NCBI RefSeq assembly: GCF_009914755.1 | Contig: NC_060925.1 | From: the human T2T-CHM13v2.0 reference genome, Homo sapiens | Reading direction: 5' to 3' (one strand) | Length of the DNA: 64,000 bases | In this document: in pieces, positions 44,179 through 59,213 of the stretch | Layout of the letters: each line of letters starts with the position of its first letter | Position numbering within the stretch: position 1 is the stretch's first letter | Made by a program: the position numbers and the translations under genes | Notes under the pieces: generated by a model | The model's input: only the letters and a program-made list of their open reading frames with translations | The model's database searches: none | What the model was told of the DNA's origin: nothing

Positions 44179-44619
44179 ACCACCTTGGCTGCTTAGCAAC
44201 AATATGGCTTGGGTAAAGTTTCTCATCCCCTCTAAGCCTTAGTTTGGGATCTGCAAAATGGGAATACAAATACAGTCTCAATGCTACATATCTGTTTCTG
44301 CAAGGCTAATTAGCCCATATGCAATTGGTAAACAAGGATATGTTATCCATGAACACAGAAGTGGCATTGGTTCATATTTAAGTTTTCTCCTTACAGATTA
44401 ACATTGTGTGTCACTGTATAATAGCAGCTGAATGCAAAGTCCACGAACACAGATGAGTCAGCCATGCATGCTTACCCCACACGCTTCCTCTGGGCTGAGT
44501 CCCACCATATGGTCTGTCTTGCAATTGCTTACTACATTGTTTCCCTGACTTTTGTGCATTTTTACCTGGTCTTCATAACTCAGCAACAGCAAACTTTCCT
44601 TATATTCTCTTCTATTAAG

Positions 44620-45565
44620 CTGATTTAATTTTCAACTTCTTTTAAAATAATTACAGGCTGACAGAAAAGTTTCAATAACAGTACAAAAAGTTCTAATGTA
44701 CTCTTCACCCAGGTTCCCTAAATGTTAACAGGTTACCACAATTGCTTTATCTTTATCTGTCTATATTGGTTTTTTTCTGAGTTATTTGGATGATTTACAT
44801 ACATAACATCCATTAATCCCTAATCCTTAATTGTGTATTTCCTAAAAACAAGAACATTCTCTTATATAACTACAGTAAAATGATCAAAATCAGAAAAAAT
44901 ACATTGATAATTATACATATTTTAATACAATATTATTATTTAATCTGTAGCCCTTATTCAAATTTAACAGATTGTCCCAATAATGTCCTTTACAGCAAAG
45001 GAAAAAATGTATTTCCTGGTCCAGGATTACATGTTGCATTTAGCTGTTAGGTCTTTTTTTTTTTTTTTTTTTTTTTTAATTAATAGAGTAGAAAGAACAG
45101 AGAGTTCCCAAATACCTCTCTCCTGTCTCCCCTCCATAGTTTGTCCTATTATTAACATCTGGCATTGGTGTGGCACATTTGTTACAATTGATGAGCCAAT
45201 ATTGACACATTGCTGTTAATTAAAGTCCAGAGTTTACAATACACTCTTTGCGTTGTATATTCAGTGGGTTTTGACAAAGGTATAAGGACAAGTATCCACT
45301 ATTACAGAACAATTTCACTCCCTGAAAATACCCCGTACTCCACTTATACATCTTTCTCTCCCATAGAGCCTTTTTAGACTGGCCTATGCAATGTGCATTT
45401 AGGTTTCGTCCATGTCTTTTTGTGGCATGAGAGCTCTTTTTGCTTTTCTTGGTTGTGTGTTTTTTGTCTCCTCTAATCTGAATAAGCTCCTTAGCCTTCC
45501 TTTGTCTTTTATGACCCTGCCATTTTTGAAGAGTATAAGCCAGCCATTTTATAAAATGTCCCTAG
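44620..45565 (-). mobile_element. L1MC-type 3' fragments (one nested in another at about 45052-45430)
   Basis: cttcacccaggttccc...; acagagagttcccaaata...ttgttacaattgatgagccaatattgacac. Confidence 0.75.
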
Positions 45566-47073
45566 CTTCACTTTTTTGTATCAACTTAAAATGTCTTTAT
45601 TTTTAGAAAGTTAAGGTGTCCTTTAAATTGTGATATTTTCATTATAATTGTTATTTAAGTACATTTGTTAGTGCTCTAATTTATAAAGTTGCATTGGTCT
45701 TTAGCAACCTGACTTAATCCTGTTTTTCACATAAGTCTATTATTTTTTGTGTGCAGTTTTGCAGAAGGCAAATTTTTCTTTAGAAAGTATCAAAGAGAAA
45801 GTAGGGAACTGGAACTTCAAGATAGGCAACAAGTAATAATATTTGTACTATCAAAGTCCCTGAAAAAGCAAATAAAATAATGAAACAGAACTAATATTTA
45901 AAATTATAATCCAAAAAACTTTCCAAAAATAAAAAGCTGAATCTATGAATTGAAAGAGCTCACTTAGGTACATGAGAAAATTCATCCAGAATGATCAACT
46001 CTGAGACACATCCTAGTAAAATTCATAGACCCAAAGATGAAGTCCTTAAAATCTCCAGGTAACAAGATCAAATATGCAAAGAGGAAAATTAGACTAGCAT
46101 CAGACTTCATAAAACAATACAAAGTCAAACAACTGAGGAACAAGTTTTTAAGGCACTCACTCAAATAAATTGTGAATTAAGAACTTTATTTTCAGCTAAA
46201 TTGCCCCTCAATGTGACGACTATAGAGAAACAGTCTCAATATACAAAAATGTAGAGAATTCTGTATCAATAAATCCTTTTGAGGAATTTATTAGAGAATG
46301 AACTTTCATCCAACCAGTAATGGCAGGAGAAACTTGAGTAAAAGAACTGATGGTAAGCATTTAATAATCTATAACTATACATAAAACTAAAACAAAGGTG
46401 GAGATGAGGATGGAAAACTAGCATACAAATGTTATATATTATGATAAAGTAGAAATAATATATCTTAAAAATAGGCAGTATAAGAAGAGGGAGAAAGAAA
46501 AGTAGAAAAAGCTCATTGTTTGAGGAGTAATAGGGGGATGTTAAGAGATACTGGAAAAAAAGCAAGCCTGATAAACAAGACAACAAAAGGTTAATTAACA
46601 AACGGGGGACCAAGAGCACTGAAAAAGATATAAATACAAAGGTAACCACTAAGATAAAAATATAAACTTTTCTAGAAAACCATAAATAAAATAGTAAAGA
46701 ATACAAATCTCATAAACACAGGAAATATAACAAAATATAATAAAATGTTATGATTAATACCAAACATGTCACTCATAGCAATAAATGTGAATAGGTTTAA
46801 TTCACCTATTAAGACCAAAAGACTCTCAATTCGTCTGACAAAACTAAAGCACAGCTATATAGTAGATAGCAGGCACACCTAAAACAAAAAGATTCAGAAA
46901 GGGTAGGTGAGAATAAAAGGATGAAAAAACCATATACCAGGCAAATGGAAATAAAGAGGGAGCAGGGGTAGCAATATCTATATTAGATAATGTAGACCTG
47001 GAAATGTAAAAAAAAAAAAAAAACTTCTTATTAAATAACTCTTGGCTGAAATGAGAAATACAAGCTGAAATAC

Positions 47074-47376
47074 ATTTATTTACTTATTTTTTTTTGAGAT
47101 GGAGTCTCGCTCTGTCGCCCAGGCTGGAGTAGAGTGGTGCGATCTCAGCTCACTGCTGGCTCTGCCTCCCCAGTTCACGCCATTCTCCTGCCTCAGCCTC
47201 CCCAGCAGCTGGGACTACAAGCGCCCGCCACCACGCCCGGCTAATTTTTTTGTATTTTTAGTAGAGACGGGGTTTCACCGTGTTAGCCAGGCTGGTCTCG
47301 ATCTCCTGACTTCGTGATCGGCCCACCTCGGCCTCCCAAAGTGCTGGGATTACAGGCATGAGCCACCGTGCCTGGC
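47074..47376 (-). mobile_element. AluY
   Basis: ttcacgccattctcc; TSD ctgaaatacatt. Confidence 0.95.
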
Positions 47377-48328
47377 TGAAATACATTATTTTAAACAAAT
47401 AATAGATAATAAAAACACTACGTATTAGAATCTATGGGATGTATTTAAAACAGTACTTAGAGAAAAATTAATTACACTACCTTTTCTCTAAAAGTGAAAG
47501 GACAAAAATAATGAATTAAATTTATAGTTCAAACAATTAGAACAGTTTAAAACAAAACAGTAAAGATAAAAGCAGAGATTAGTGAAATAAAGAATAGAAA
47601 AACAGTAGCTCTAACAAATTGAAATCTTGGCTTTTTGGGGGACGAAATAAAATAGGCAAACTACTAACTAAATTGATGAAGAACAAAGAAAGTATAATAT
47701 GTAGAGTAAGAAGTGAAAAGGGCGAAATAACCTTTCAAACAAAAGAAATTTTAAAAGTCAGAAGAGACTACTTTGCTGACCTCTAGACAAATAAATTGGA
47801 AAATCTGGATGAAGTGCATAATTTCTTACAGAAATACATTTTACCAAAATTAGCTCTGTTAGGTTTACAAAATTTAACCAATTTCCATAGAAGAAATGAA
47901 GACAGTTATTAAGAAATCACCCTGCAAAAAAAAAAAACGCCAGGCCCAGATGTTTACACGAGTGAATTCTACCAAGTTTTGAAAGACCAGGTCCTAACAG
48001 CTTATAAATTATTTCAGAGCATGGAAAATGAAAGAAAATTTCCAAACTGTTTTTATGAAATAGGAATAATGTTAGTACCTAAACCAGACAAAGACAGTAC
48101 AAAGAAAAAAAAACCCTACCGATCTATGTCACTTTTGAATATCAATGAAAAAATGTTAAGTAAATTATTAGCAAATAGAATCTAAAACCACACTAAGAAA
48201 ATAGTACACCATTGCTAAGTGGGATTTATTTGGGGACTGCAAACTTGGTTCGATATTAGAAACTCCATTAATACTATTGTATTAGGGTTTTCTAGAGAAG
48301 CAGAACCAATAAAATACATATATCTATA

Positions 48329-48972
48329 TAGTCATGTGCTGTATAATGATGTTTCCATTAACAATGGATTACATACAACATTGGCCTCATAAGATTATAA
48401 ATGATTTTTTTTTTTTTTTTTTTTTGAGACGGAGTCTCGCTCTGTCACCCAGGCTGGAGTGCAGTGGCGCAGTCTCGGCTCACTGCAAGCTCCGCCTCCC
48501 GGGTTCACGCCATTCTCCTGCCTCAGCCTCTCCGAGTAGCTGGGACTACAGGCGCCCGCCACCACGCCCAGCTAATTTTTTTTTTATTTTTAGTAGAGAC
48601 GGGGTTTCACCGTGGTCTCGATCTCCTGACCTCGTGATCCACCCGCCTCGGCCTCCCAAAGTGCTGGGATTACAAGCGTGAGCCACCGCGCCCGGCCTAT
48701 AAATGATATTTTTACCATACATTTTCTATGTTTAGGTATGTTTAGATACACAAATACCCTTGTGTTACAGTTGCCTACAGTATTCAGTATAATAACATGT
48801 TGTACAGGTTTGTAGCCTAGGAGTAACAGGTTATGCCATATAGCCTAGGTGCGTAGTAGGCTATACGATCTAGGTTGGCGTACGTATGCTATATGGTGTT
48901 TGCACAATGACAAAATTGCCTAACAATGCATTTCTCAGAACATATTCCCAGCATTAAGTGATGCATGACAGT
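48329..48972. mobile_element. Tigger3a (MER7A-type) MITE
   Basis: Terminal inverted repeats agtcatgtg / gcatgaca in TA context; core gtacaggtttgtagcctaggag. Confidence 0.88.
48404..48697 (-). mobile_element. AluYd lineage (Yd3, also called AluYc3)
   Basis: Sense strand shows the 12-bp left-arm deletion (gagaccacggtg), cacgcttgt and ctcggagagg; TSD tataaatgat. Confidence 0.85.
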
Positions 48973-49826
48973 ATATATAAAGAGATTTTTCATAGGTTAT
49001 TGGCTCCCATGATTGTGGAGGCTGAGAAGCCCCATAATTGGCTATCTGCAAGCTGGAACTGAGGAAAGCCAGTGATATAGTTCCAGGCTAAGCCTGAAGG
49101 CTTGAGAACCAAGAGAATCTATGCTGTAAGTTCTAGCCCAAATTTGAAGGCCTGGGACCAATTTTCCAGCTCAAGCAGTCAGGCAGAGAGAGTGAATTCT
49201 CCCTTTCTAAGCCATTTTGTTTTGCTTAGGCTCTCAACGGATTAGATGACACCCACCCACACTGAAGAGGGCCATCAGCTTTACTTACTTAGCCTACCAA
49301 TTCAAATGCTAATATTTTATGGAAACACTTTTGCAGACACATCCAGAATTATATTTAACCAAATATCTGGGCACCCAGTGGCCCACTCAAATTGGCATAT
49401 AAAAGTGTCACAACTATATGTCACATTAGAAAATCCAAGGAAAAACTCATAATTATGTCCATCAATGCTGACAAGGTCTTTGACAAAAGTCAACAACCAC
49501 TCGTTACTTTAAAAAAGAAACGCTCAAAATAGGAATTGAGACATACTTTCTTAACACAATATAGTATGTATAGCCTAGTCTTTTAGTCAGTATCTTATTT
49601 AATGAGAAAACACTAGAGATGTTTCCATTAAGATTTTAATTTTAAATTTTTGTGGGTACATAGTAGGCCTATATATTTATTGGAATTAATAGTCTTTACA
49701 TTAAATTCAGCATGACTCTAAACTGTAATCTAATCTGGCGAGAATGAAATTCAGTGTGTTGTTACTGTATTTCTACTATCAATTCTGACATCTGTGTGAC
49801 TTGATTTGTTCCTATTAAGATTTCTC

Positions 49827-50137
49827 GGCCGGGCGCGGTGGCTCACGCCTGTAATCCCAGCACTTCGGGAGGCCGAGGCAGGCGGATTAAAGGTCAAGAG
49901 ATTGAGACCATCCTGGCCAACATGGTGAAACACCGTCTTTACTAAAAATACAAAAAAAATTAGCTGGGCGTGGTGGCGTGTGCCTGTAGTCCCATCTGAG
50001 GCTGAGGCAGGGGAATCGCTTGAACCGGGAGGCGGAGCTTGCAGTGAGCCGACATCGCCCCACTGCACTCCAGCCTGGCGACAGAGCGAGACTCCGTCTC
50101 AACAAACAAACAAACAAACAAACAAACAAACAAACAA
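49827..50137 (+). mobile_element. AluSc with (CAAA)n tail
   Basis: ggtcaagagattgagaccatcc; TSD aagatttct. Confidence 0.95.
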
Positions 50138-51039
50138 AGATTTCTAAGAGAATAAACCTTCTGTGTCCCTCCTAGGAATTCTGTATGGTTGTAGGTATGT
50201 CCGGGGGTAGTAAAAAGGAGGGAACCGACAGGTCTTTCACACACACTTTCAACCCATCCTCCTATTTTCAGCCCCACACCTGACCTTCACTTTTGCCTGA
50301 AGTCTTAACCCTTTCTGTGATTTTGCAGGATGCCATCGACGAACTCTCAGCTTGTTCACTACCTCCTCCGTACATATAAGTAGTGTCTTTCTCTACCATG
50401 CTAACAGTTACGCTTACTTCCCTTTGCAGATTCTGAAAATCAGTTGAAATCTTGTATGTTACCATCTTTTTTCCTGATCTTTATTTTTATATGTCTATAA
50501 GTTTTTATTCCTTTATTAATATTTTATCATTTTACTATTAAACTTATTTTAATAAAGACTAAGGAAGGAAAGGAGATAAGAAATGTAGTCATTATCAACA
50601 GCTGGTGGTTATAACCATAATATAAATGTTAAGAAAATAATTCCTTGTTTCATCGAAGGAATTTAAATCATAAGAATACTCTTATTATGTGTGACTATGA
50701 GGTTGGAAAAGAACAACCATCTTTGTTTCAAAAATGACCAGAACATTTAGGTGATTTCCTCAAGGCCAAATTTATCTGTAAGATTTTTGTCCAAGAACAA
50801 AGAGTTTCTTTCCAGTTCTAATATTTTTGGGGAAAACCCCACAAGTTTTTGTGCAAATGGTAACATTTTTTAATTTTACGTAAGTTAATTGGTATGAGTC
50901 ACTTCCTTTCATGGATAGAATACGTAAAGTCCCAGTGGGGTAACTGCTAGTAAGTTGTTCAGTATGGTGTGTTAGGATAAACGTTTTGGAGAAAAAAATA
51001 TGTGTCCTGACCTTGGTAAGGGAAATAAATTTATCACAT

Positions 51040-51510
51040 ATAAGTTACCTCCATTCATTCTCAAGCACTTGATGGTTTCCTATTTTCATAGAAGTCCTAT
51101 CACTGTGATCCTCCCACTTAGATATAGACTTTATAGTTTTCCCGTCTTTCACCACTCCCTTCTCCCTTTTCTATGAATGGAACGTAAGACATGTCTTTCT
51201 GTTCTGTGAAATCACCAAGTTCCCTCCCACCTCTGGGCCCTTATGTCTGCCTGAAATACTCTGACCTCTGCTGTCTTCATTTGGTTTCCTCCACACCGCA
51301 GATAAGATTGTTACTTCCCCCAGGGAATTTTTTTCTCAGCTTATTACAAGGAGAGTTAAGTGTTCCTATTGTATGCCTTCATAGCTTTCAATATTTTTCC
51401 TAATGCAGGCTTCTCATGTCCCGTTGTGACTGGCTACCTATTTACCCAAATCCTCTGATTAAATGTAAGCTCCAGAAGACCCAAATCATGTCAATTTCCT
51501 CACCATATTA
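51040..51510 (+). mobile_element. L2 fragments
   Basis: cccacctctgggcc...tctgcctgaaatactc; aatgtaagctcca. Confidence 0.6.
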
Positions 51511-52305
51511 TTCTAATATTTACTTTGTATTTATACATCTTTTAATATAATCTACATATTTCTCTACAATCAAGAGGTTGCTTATTCATGAATAATAATT
51601 AAGACCATTTACTCATTAAACTATAGGCAGTCCTCCCTTTGCATAGTTCCAATATGCACAAATTCCAGTTATTAGCTTAAATAACACCAGTTCTTCAATA
51701 ATCTGGTTTAAATTTCAGTTACTATAGTATTAATATATGAACTGTAATTGCTTAAAATGCACACTTTGCTGCTAGGTCTTCAGTCCTCAGATCACTAAGT
51801 AAATAAGAGATGCACATCACTGTTTTCAAAGTCTATCAGAGGCTGTTCCTATCAGTTCCTGTGCATCTTCTATTCAGTTCACACTCAGACAACAAAGCAT
51901 GTAGTCATGTTGTCTCCTTGTCTTATGATAGACCCACGTGATATGTTACAAAATTGGATAATTGAAAGAGGACATAGCTAAAGATAAAAGTGCAAGAAAG
52001 TTTTCTGAGAAGATAGACTCTGGGGGGAAAAAAAGAAAGAAAAAAAGTGCTACAAAGAAAGAAAAGTGATAACATTGGAAGTGAAATTCAAATTACACAT
52101 AAACAGAGTTACAGAAGAAAAAATTAACCATGGGAATGTTGACACTACCACCATTTGAGAGACTTAAGATATGCTGCCATAGCCAGTTAGTGAATGCAAA
52201 CTTCACTAACTAAATGAAGAAAGTGATTGTGACTGAAAGGATGAAGATATCCCAGAAGACAGGACACCATTTAAAAAAACCTTCACACTAAAGGAACTCT
52301 CAAAG

Positions 52306-52580
52306 GGCAGTGTGGTGGCTCACTCCTGTAAACCCAGTGCTTTGGGAGGCCGAGGAGGGAGGATTACTTGAAGCCAGGAGTTAGAGACCAGCCTGGGCAA
52401 CATAGCAAGACTCTGTCTCTACAAAATGATTTAAAAATTAGCTGGGGATAGTGGTATGCACCTGTAGTCTCAGCTACCCAGGAGGCTGAGGCAGGAGGAT
52501 TGCTTGAGCCTAGGAGTTAAAAGGCTGCAGTGAACTAGGATCATGCCACTGGACTCCAGCCTGGACGACAGAGCAAAGGC
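52306..52580 (+). mobile_element. AluJ
   Basis: J features; TSD aagg(a/g)actctca. Confidence 0.9.
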
Positions 52581-52748
52581 CCTAAGGGACTCTCAGACAT
52601 AATCCACCATGTTGAAAGTTCAGATGATAAAATATTGAAGCTGATCCAAACTTAGAAAGGAATATGACAATTTGCCAAGGCATAGAAACATGCTCATTTC
52701 ATATAAAAGTTATACAATGAGAAGGCAAGCACTGTTCCAACCACTCGA

Positions 52749-53356
<608 letters not shown>

Positions 53357-53535
53357 TCACTTGATACTTTTAATAAAGAAATACAATACTTTATTTTTTC
53401 ATGTTTCTAATTTTTAAATTACATGCTAAATATTACACTATTCTTTAACTTTGCTATGCACTTATATCTGACATTAGAGAGTTTTTAATATTTTGACAAA
53501 CATCGTAATGATCATGGAACAATTGTAACTTTTCT

Positions 53536-53883
<348 letters not shown>

Positions 53884-53929
53884 TCATTTTTATGGTCCCA
53901 CACTACCGTACAAAGCAAGGACTGGCTGG

Positions 53930-54050
53930 AATTTATTGAAGGTCAACTATGTACCTGACATTATTCTAGGCCCTCGGTTTCAATGGTGAATGAAACAGAC
54001 AAAGCCTCTGCCCTCACATACTTTCTTCCAGTGGGTGTGACAGATAATCA
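53930..54050 (-). mobile_element. L2 3' end
   Basis: atttattga...actatgtacc...gtgaatgaaacagacaaagcctctgccctca. Confidence 0.75.
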
Positions 54051-54556
54051 CATTTATGTGCAATATATTTAAATGTATAAGAATTAAAGGACCATAATAA
54101 ATGGAGAGAAAGGGAAATCACTGGGGGCTTGTATTTGTATTCAATTGAGGCAGTAGCCCAAGATACAGACTTGGAATGCTCCAACAATTATGTACCGAAA
54201 GTAGATAAAATAGTCAATGATGAAAAATAAAATATGAATGATAAAGGCATGAAATATGACAAGGGTGTCATCAATAAAGGTCAACTAAAATCCCATAATT
54301 GTAGTGTTGCCTTGGTGAAATAATTATATTCTGTGGTATGGTTGGTCCCCAGCATTGCAGGTTCAGACACTTCATTCTGCCAACATATCAAGATATGGTT
54401 CAGTTCTGTGGAGATCTTGAGAGATAATAATATAAACCTAGATTACAGTATAGTAACTTATGAAAAATATAACTAGCAAAATCATCAGCCCTTTATGCCC
54501 TATGGACTAAACTTTCTAATTTTGATTTATAGTCAGAAGTTTCCTTAATGAGTATA

Positions 54557-55150
54557 TGCAGTAAAATCTGCAAGCTGCCTGCCTAGAATCTATTCCCCAT
54601 CTAGCCCCCATCATATCCTTCCTAGTAAAGCTCCAATTTTGTTCATATGCAGCTTGTGTGATTAGGGGAAGCTGATTCCATACCCAAATTAGGAGATAGG
54701 CTCTATCTGGTCTAAGCCTATGACACTAATTCTGTCCCCTTGTCAAGTAATTAACTCAGGGATAAGATTTAAGCCAATCAGCACATGGCATTTCCATGGC
54801 AATAATATTGATGCAAATAGTGAGCACCTAACCTATACTAGTCTAATCAAACTGATGGGAATGTTCTTGTTCCTCTCTGTTCCTCTTCTTGTCTTCCCTT
54901 TCCCTTCCCTCTTTTCTTCCCTCCTTTTGTTAATGGTGAGAGACAGCCTGAGGATGAGGCTAGCATACACAGGGCAGAGCCAAGAATTAACAATGAAATA
55001 GAGCCAGAGCTTCCTTATGATGCACCTGGAACCTGTCCTACATTTATACTTCCTGTTCTGTGAAATAATACCTTTCCTTCACACTTAAATTCCAAAGTTC
55101 ACACTTAACGACAGTCTGAGATTTCTCTTACTTGTGGCAAAGAGAATCTA
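54557..55150 (+). mobile_element. LTR16-like (ERVL) solo LTR
   Basis: taagccaatcagcacatggcatttcc; gcctgaggatgaggc; tctcttacttgtggcaaagagaatc. Confidence 0.6.
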
Positions 55151-55543
55151 TGAGATATAGTATACCATGCATACAAAAGATGTTCATTGTATGACTCACC
55201 AATTTACTCTAGAGCTGCTGGATGCATCCTCCTAATGTTGGCCTCTCTGACCTCACCATCTCCTTCTGATTCTTAGATAGATTAATACCAATTATTCCAG
55301 AGCAACTTTTGGCTTATTAACTCAGCAATAATTAACTTTCTCTTCTGCTTTAGGCCTACAAGATATTCTATACGTAAGATGACTTTATATAATCAACACA
55401 AGATATATGTTTATAATTTAGCTCTCACTCTTCCCTATAATACAACATATCCACATTATCAATGGACATGAACATATTCCAAGGATAAACATCACTTCAT
55501 GTTCAATGAATGGGTCCAAACTAAGGTCTTCTTCCAGTCCACT

Positions 55544-57850
55544 TGTATTAGTCCATTCTCACACTGCTAATAAAGACACACCCAAGACTGGGTAATTTAT
55601 AAAGAAAAGAGGCTTAATTGACTCACAGTTCAGCATGGCTAGAGAGGTATCAGGAAACACAATCATGGTGGAAGGGGAAGCAAACATGTCTTTCTTCACA
55701 TAGCAGCAGGAGGGAGACATGCTGAGGAAAAGGGGGAAAAGCCCCTTATAAAACCATCAGATCTCAAGAGAACTCACTATCATGAGAACAGAATGAGGGT
55801 AAATGCCCCCATGATTCAATTACTTCCCACTGGGTCCCTCCCATGACATGTGGCAATTATAGGAACTACAGTTCATGATGAGATTGGGTGGGGACACAGC
55901 CAAACCATATCATTCCAGCCTTGGCCCCTCCCAAATCTCATGTTTTCACATTTAAAAACACAATCGTGCTTTCCAACCGTCCTCCAAAGTCTTAGCTGCT
56001 TCCAGCATTAACCCAAAAGTCCAAGTCCAAATGAAGTCCAAGTCTCATCTGAGACAAGGCAAGTCCCTTCTGCCTATGAGCCTGTAAAAACAAAAGCAAG
56101 TTAGTTACTTCTTAGATACAATGCGCGCACAGGCATTGGGTACATACACCCATTCCAGATGGCAGAAATTGGCCAAAACAAAGGGGCTACAGGCCCTATG
56201 CAAGTCTAAAATCCAATAGGGCAGTCATTAAACCTTAAAGTTCCAAAATGATCTCCTTTAACTCCATGTCTCACATCTAGGTTATGCTGATGCAAAAGGT
56301 GGGCTCCCATGGCCTTGGGCAGTTCTGCTCCTGTGGCTTTGCAGGGTAAAGCCCTCCTCCAAGCTGCTTTCATGGCTAGCATTGAGTGTCTGTGGCTTTT
56401 CTAGGCACACAGTGCAAGCTGTCAGTGGATCTATCATTCTGGAGTCTGGTGGCCCTCTTCTCACAGATCCACTAGGTAGTGCCCCAGTGGGGGCTCTGCG
56501 TGGGGCTACAACCCCACATTTCCTGTCTGCAGTACCTTAGCAGAGGTTCTCCATGAGGGCTCCATCCCTGAAGTGAACTTCTGCTTGGACTTCCAAGTGT
56601 TTCTATACATCCTCTGAAATCTAGATGGAGGTTCCCAAACCTCAATTCTTGACTTCTGTGCACACGGAGGCCCAACACCACGTGGAAGCTGCCAAGGCTT
56701 GGGGCTTGTACCCTCTGAAACAATGGTCTGAGCTGTACATTGGTAACGGCTGGAGCAGCTGGGATGAAGGGCACCAAGTCCTGAGGCTGCACATAGCTGA
56801 GGGGCACTGGATTCAGCCCAGGAAACCATTTTTCCCTCCTAGGCCTCCAGGCCTGTGATGGCAGAGGCTGCCCTAAAGGTCTCTGACATGCCTTGGAGAC
56901 AATTTCCCCATTGTCTAGGTGGTGAACATTCAATTCCTCATGACTTATGCAAATTTCTGCAGCCAGCTTGAATTTCTCCCCAGAAAATGGGGTTTTCTTT
57001 TCTATCTCATTGTCAGGCTGCAGATTTTCCAAACTTTTATGCTTTGCTTTGTCAAAGCAGTTTTCTCTGATTTGTTTATGCTCTGCTTTGTTCAAAACAC
57101 TTTGCCACTTAGAAATTTCTTCTGCCAGATACCCTAAATCATCTCTCTCAAATTCAGAGTTCCACAGATCTCTAGAGCAGGGGCGAATGCTGCCAATCTC
57201 TTTGCTAAAGCATAACAAGAGTCACCTTTGCCCCAGTTCCCAACAAGTTCCCCGTGTCCATCTGAGACCACCTCAGCCTGCACTTTGTTTTCCATATCAC
57301 TATCAGCACTTTGGTCAAAGCCATTCAACAAGTCTTCAGGAAGTTCCAAACTGTCCCAGATTTTCCTGTCTTCTGAGTCCTCCAAACTGTTCCAACCTCT
57401 GCCTGTCAGCCAATTCCAAAGTTGCTTCCACATTTTTGGGTATCTTTACAGCAGCATCCTACCCCTGGTACCAATTTACAGTATTACTCCATTCTCATGC
57501 TGCTAATAAAGACATACCTGAGACTGGGTAATTTATAAAGGAAAGAGGTTTAATTGACTCAGTTCAGGATGGCTGGAGAGGCCTCAGGAAACTTACAATC
57601 ATGGCAGAAGGGGAAGCAAGTATGTCCTTCTTGACATGACATCAGGAAGAAGTGCCAAGCAAAATGGGGAAAAGCCCCTTCTAAAATAATCAGATCTCAT
57701 GAGAACTCACCCACGATCATGAGAACAGCATGAGGGTAAATGCCCCCGTAATTCAACTACCCCCCACCAGGTCCCTCCCACGACATAGGGGGATTATGGG
57801 AACTATACTTTGAAATAAGATTTGGGTGGGGACATTGCCAAACCATATCA
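55544..57850 (-). mobile_element. Full-length THE1C (MaLR) element: LTR 55544-55912, internal 55913-57479, LTR 57480-57850
   Basis: Two homologous LTRs ending aaaccatatca; ggggaagcaa...aaagccccttataaaaccatcag; exact 5-bp TSD ccact at 55539 and 57851. Confidence 0.93.
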
Positions 57851-58339
57851 CCACTCAAATCTCCACTCTTCATACCTGGCTCTAGTATGTCAGATTCTAT
57901 TATCTCAAGCAGGTACAATTATATTTTGGAATAAATGAAAATTTTACTGAAGCTGAATTTGACCTGGAGTTTTCTCAGCTCCAGAAGAACAGTAAGTGAC
58001 TTCTTCTTATGCAATCTCCCAAACACAAATGTAATGTCACCCATGGGACTGCTATGAATAGATGTTACTAGTTCCAATGATAGATTCCACATCAGCAAAC
58101 TGTGACATTCTTTGGGATTAGCTGCCCCTTTTGTCAGTTTGGCTTCTACAAGGAAGTTCAACCATTATGAAATGCAAGATATTTTTGCACACGGCTGTCC
58201 TGACCTACAGTAATCATAAAACAAGAGCGAGATCTGAAATAGTACCTTTGTATTGACTGAAGATATGAAGTAAGAACTTTATAGCAAGAACTAAAACAAA
58301 AACAACAAACAGCAAGTGGATGTTTACAACAGGAGAGAC

Positions 58340-58677
58340 TATCTTAGTCCATTCAGGCTGCTATAACAAAATATCTTAGACTGGGTAATTTATAAACAAC
58401 AGAAGTTTATTGCTTACAGTTCTGGAGGCTGATATGTTCAAGATCAAGATGCCTGAAGATTTGGTGTCTGGTGAGGGTCTGTTCCTCAATGATGGTCCTT
58501 CTATGTGTCCTCACATGGCAGAAAGGCAAAAGGGCTCCATTAAGCCTCTTTTATAAGGGCAATAATCTCATTCATTACCTTAGTCACCTCTCAAATGCTC
58601 CACCTCTTACTCTATTGCATAGAGATTAGGTTTCAACTTATGAATTTTGGAGAAATACAAACATTCAGATCATGGCA
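58340..58677 (-). mobile_element. MaLR solo LTR (MLT1A/MSTC-like)
   Basis: cttagtccattcaggctgctataacaaaata...acattcagatcatggca; TSD gag(a/g)c. Confidence 0.85.
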
Positions 58678-58839
58678 GAGGCATTACAACTACTCAATTC
58701 AAATGGCCTCCTTTCCCCCAGAACTCTATTAAATGAAGCACAAAACAGCATTTTTAAATGGGTAAGTAGCCAAGATAGTGGGCTAAAAGTACAATACTAG
58801 TAGCTAGTATTTTTTGACTATATACTATGTGTCAGGTAA

Positions 58840-59213
<374 letters not shown>

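Larger units (their letters stand above)
48277..49411 (-). mobile_element. MLT2 (ERVL) solo LTR interrupted by Tigger3a
   Basis: tgtattagggttttctagagaagcagaaccaata...tctgcaagctgga...gacacatccagaat...tcaca. Confidence 0.85.
45790..49640 (+). mobile_element. Old L1M ORF1/ORF2 fragments hosting AluY and MLT2
   Basis: ORF2-like peptide FPNCFYEIGIMLVPKPDKD...PYRSMSLLNI (47979-48185); continues after 49411. Confidence 0.8.

Noticed and set aside
54100-55540. Unassigned sequence around the LTR16-like element as a possible ancient retroviral or RTE remnant
   Set aside because: No motif I could recognise; needs a profile-HMM (nhmmer/Dfam) search
57913-57991. Possible plus-strand exon (VQLYFGINENFTEAEFDLEFSQLQKN then GTAAGT)
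   Set aside because: Weak polypyrimidine tract, unrecognised peptide and no partner exons; chance is sufficient
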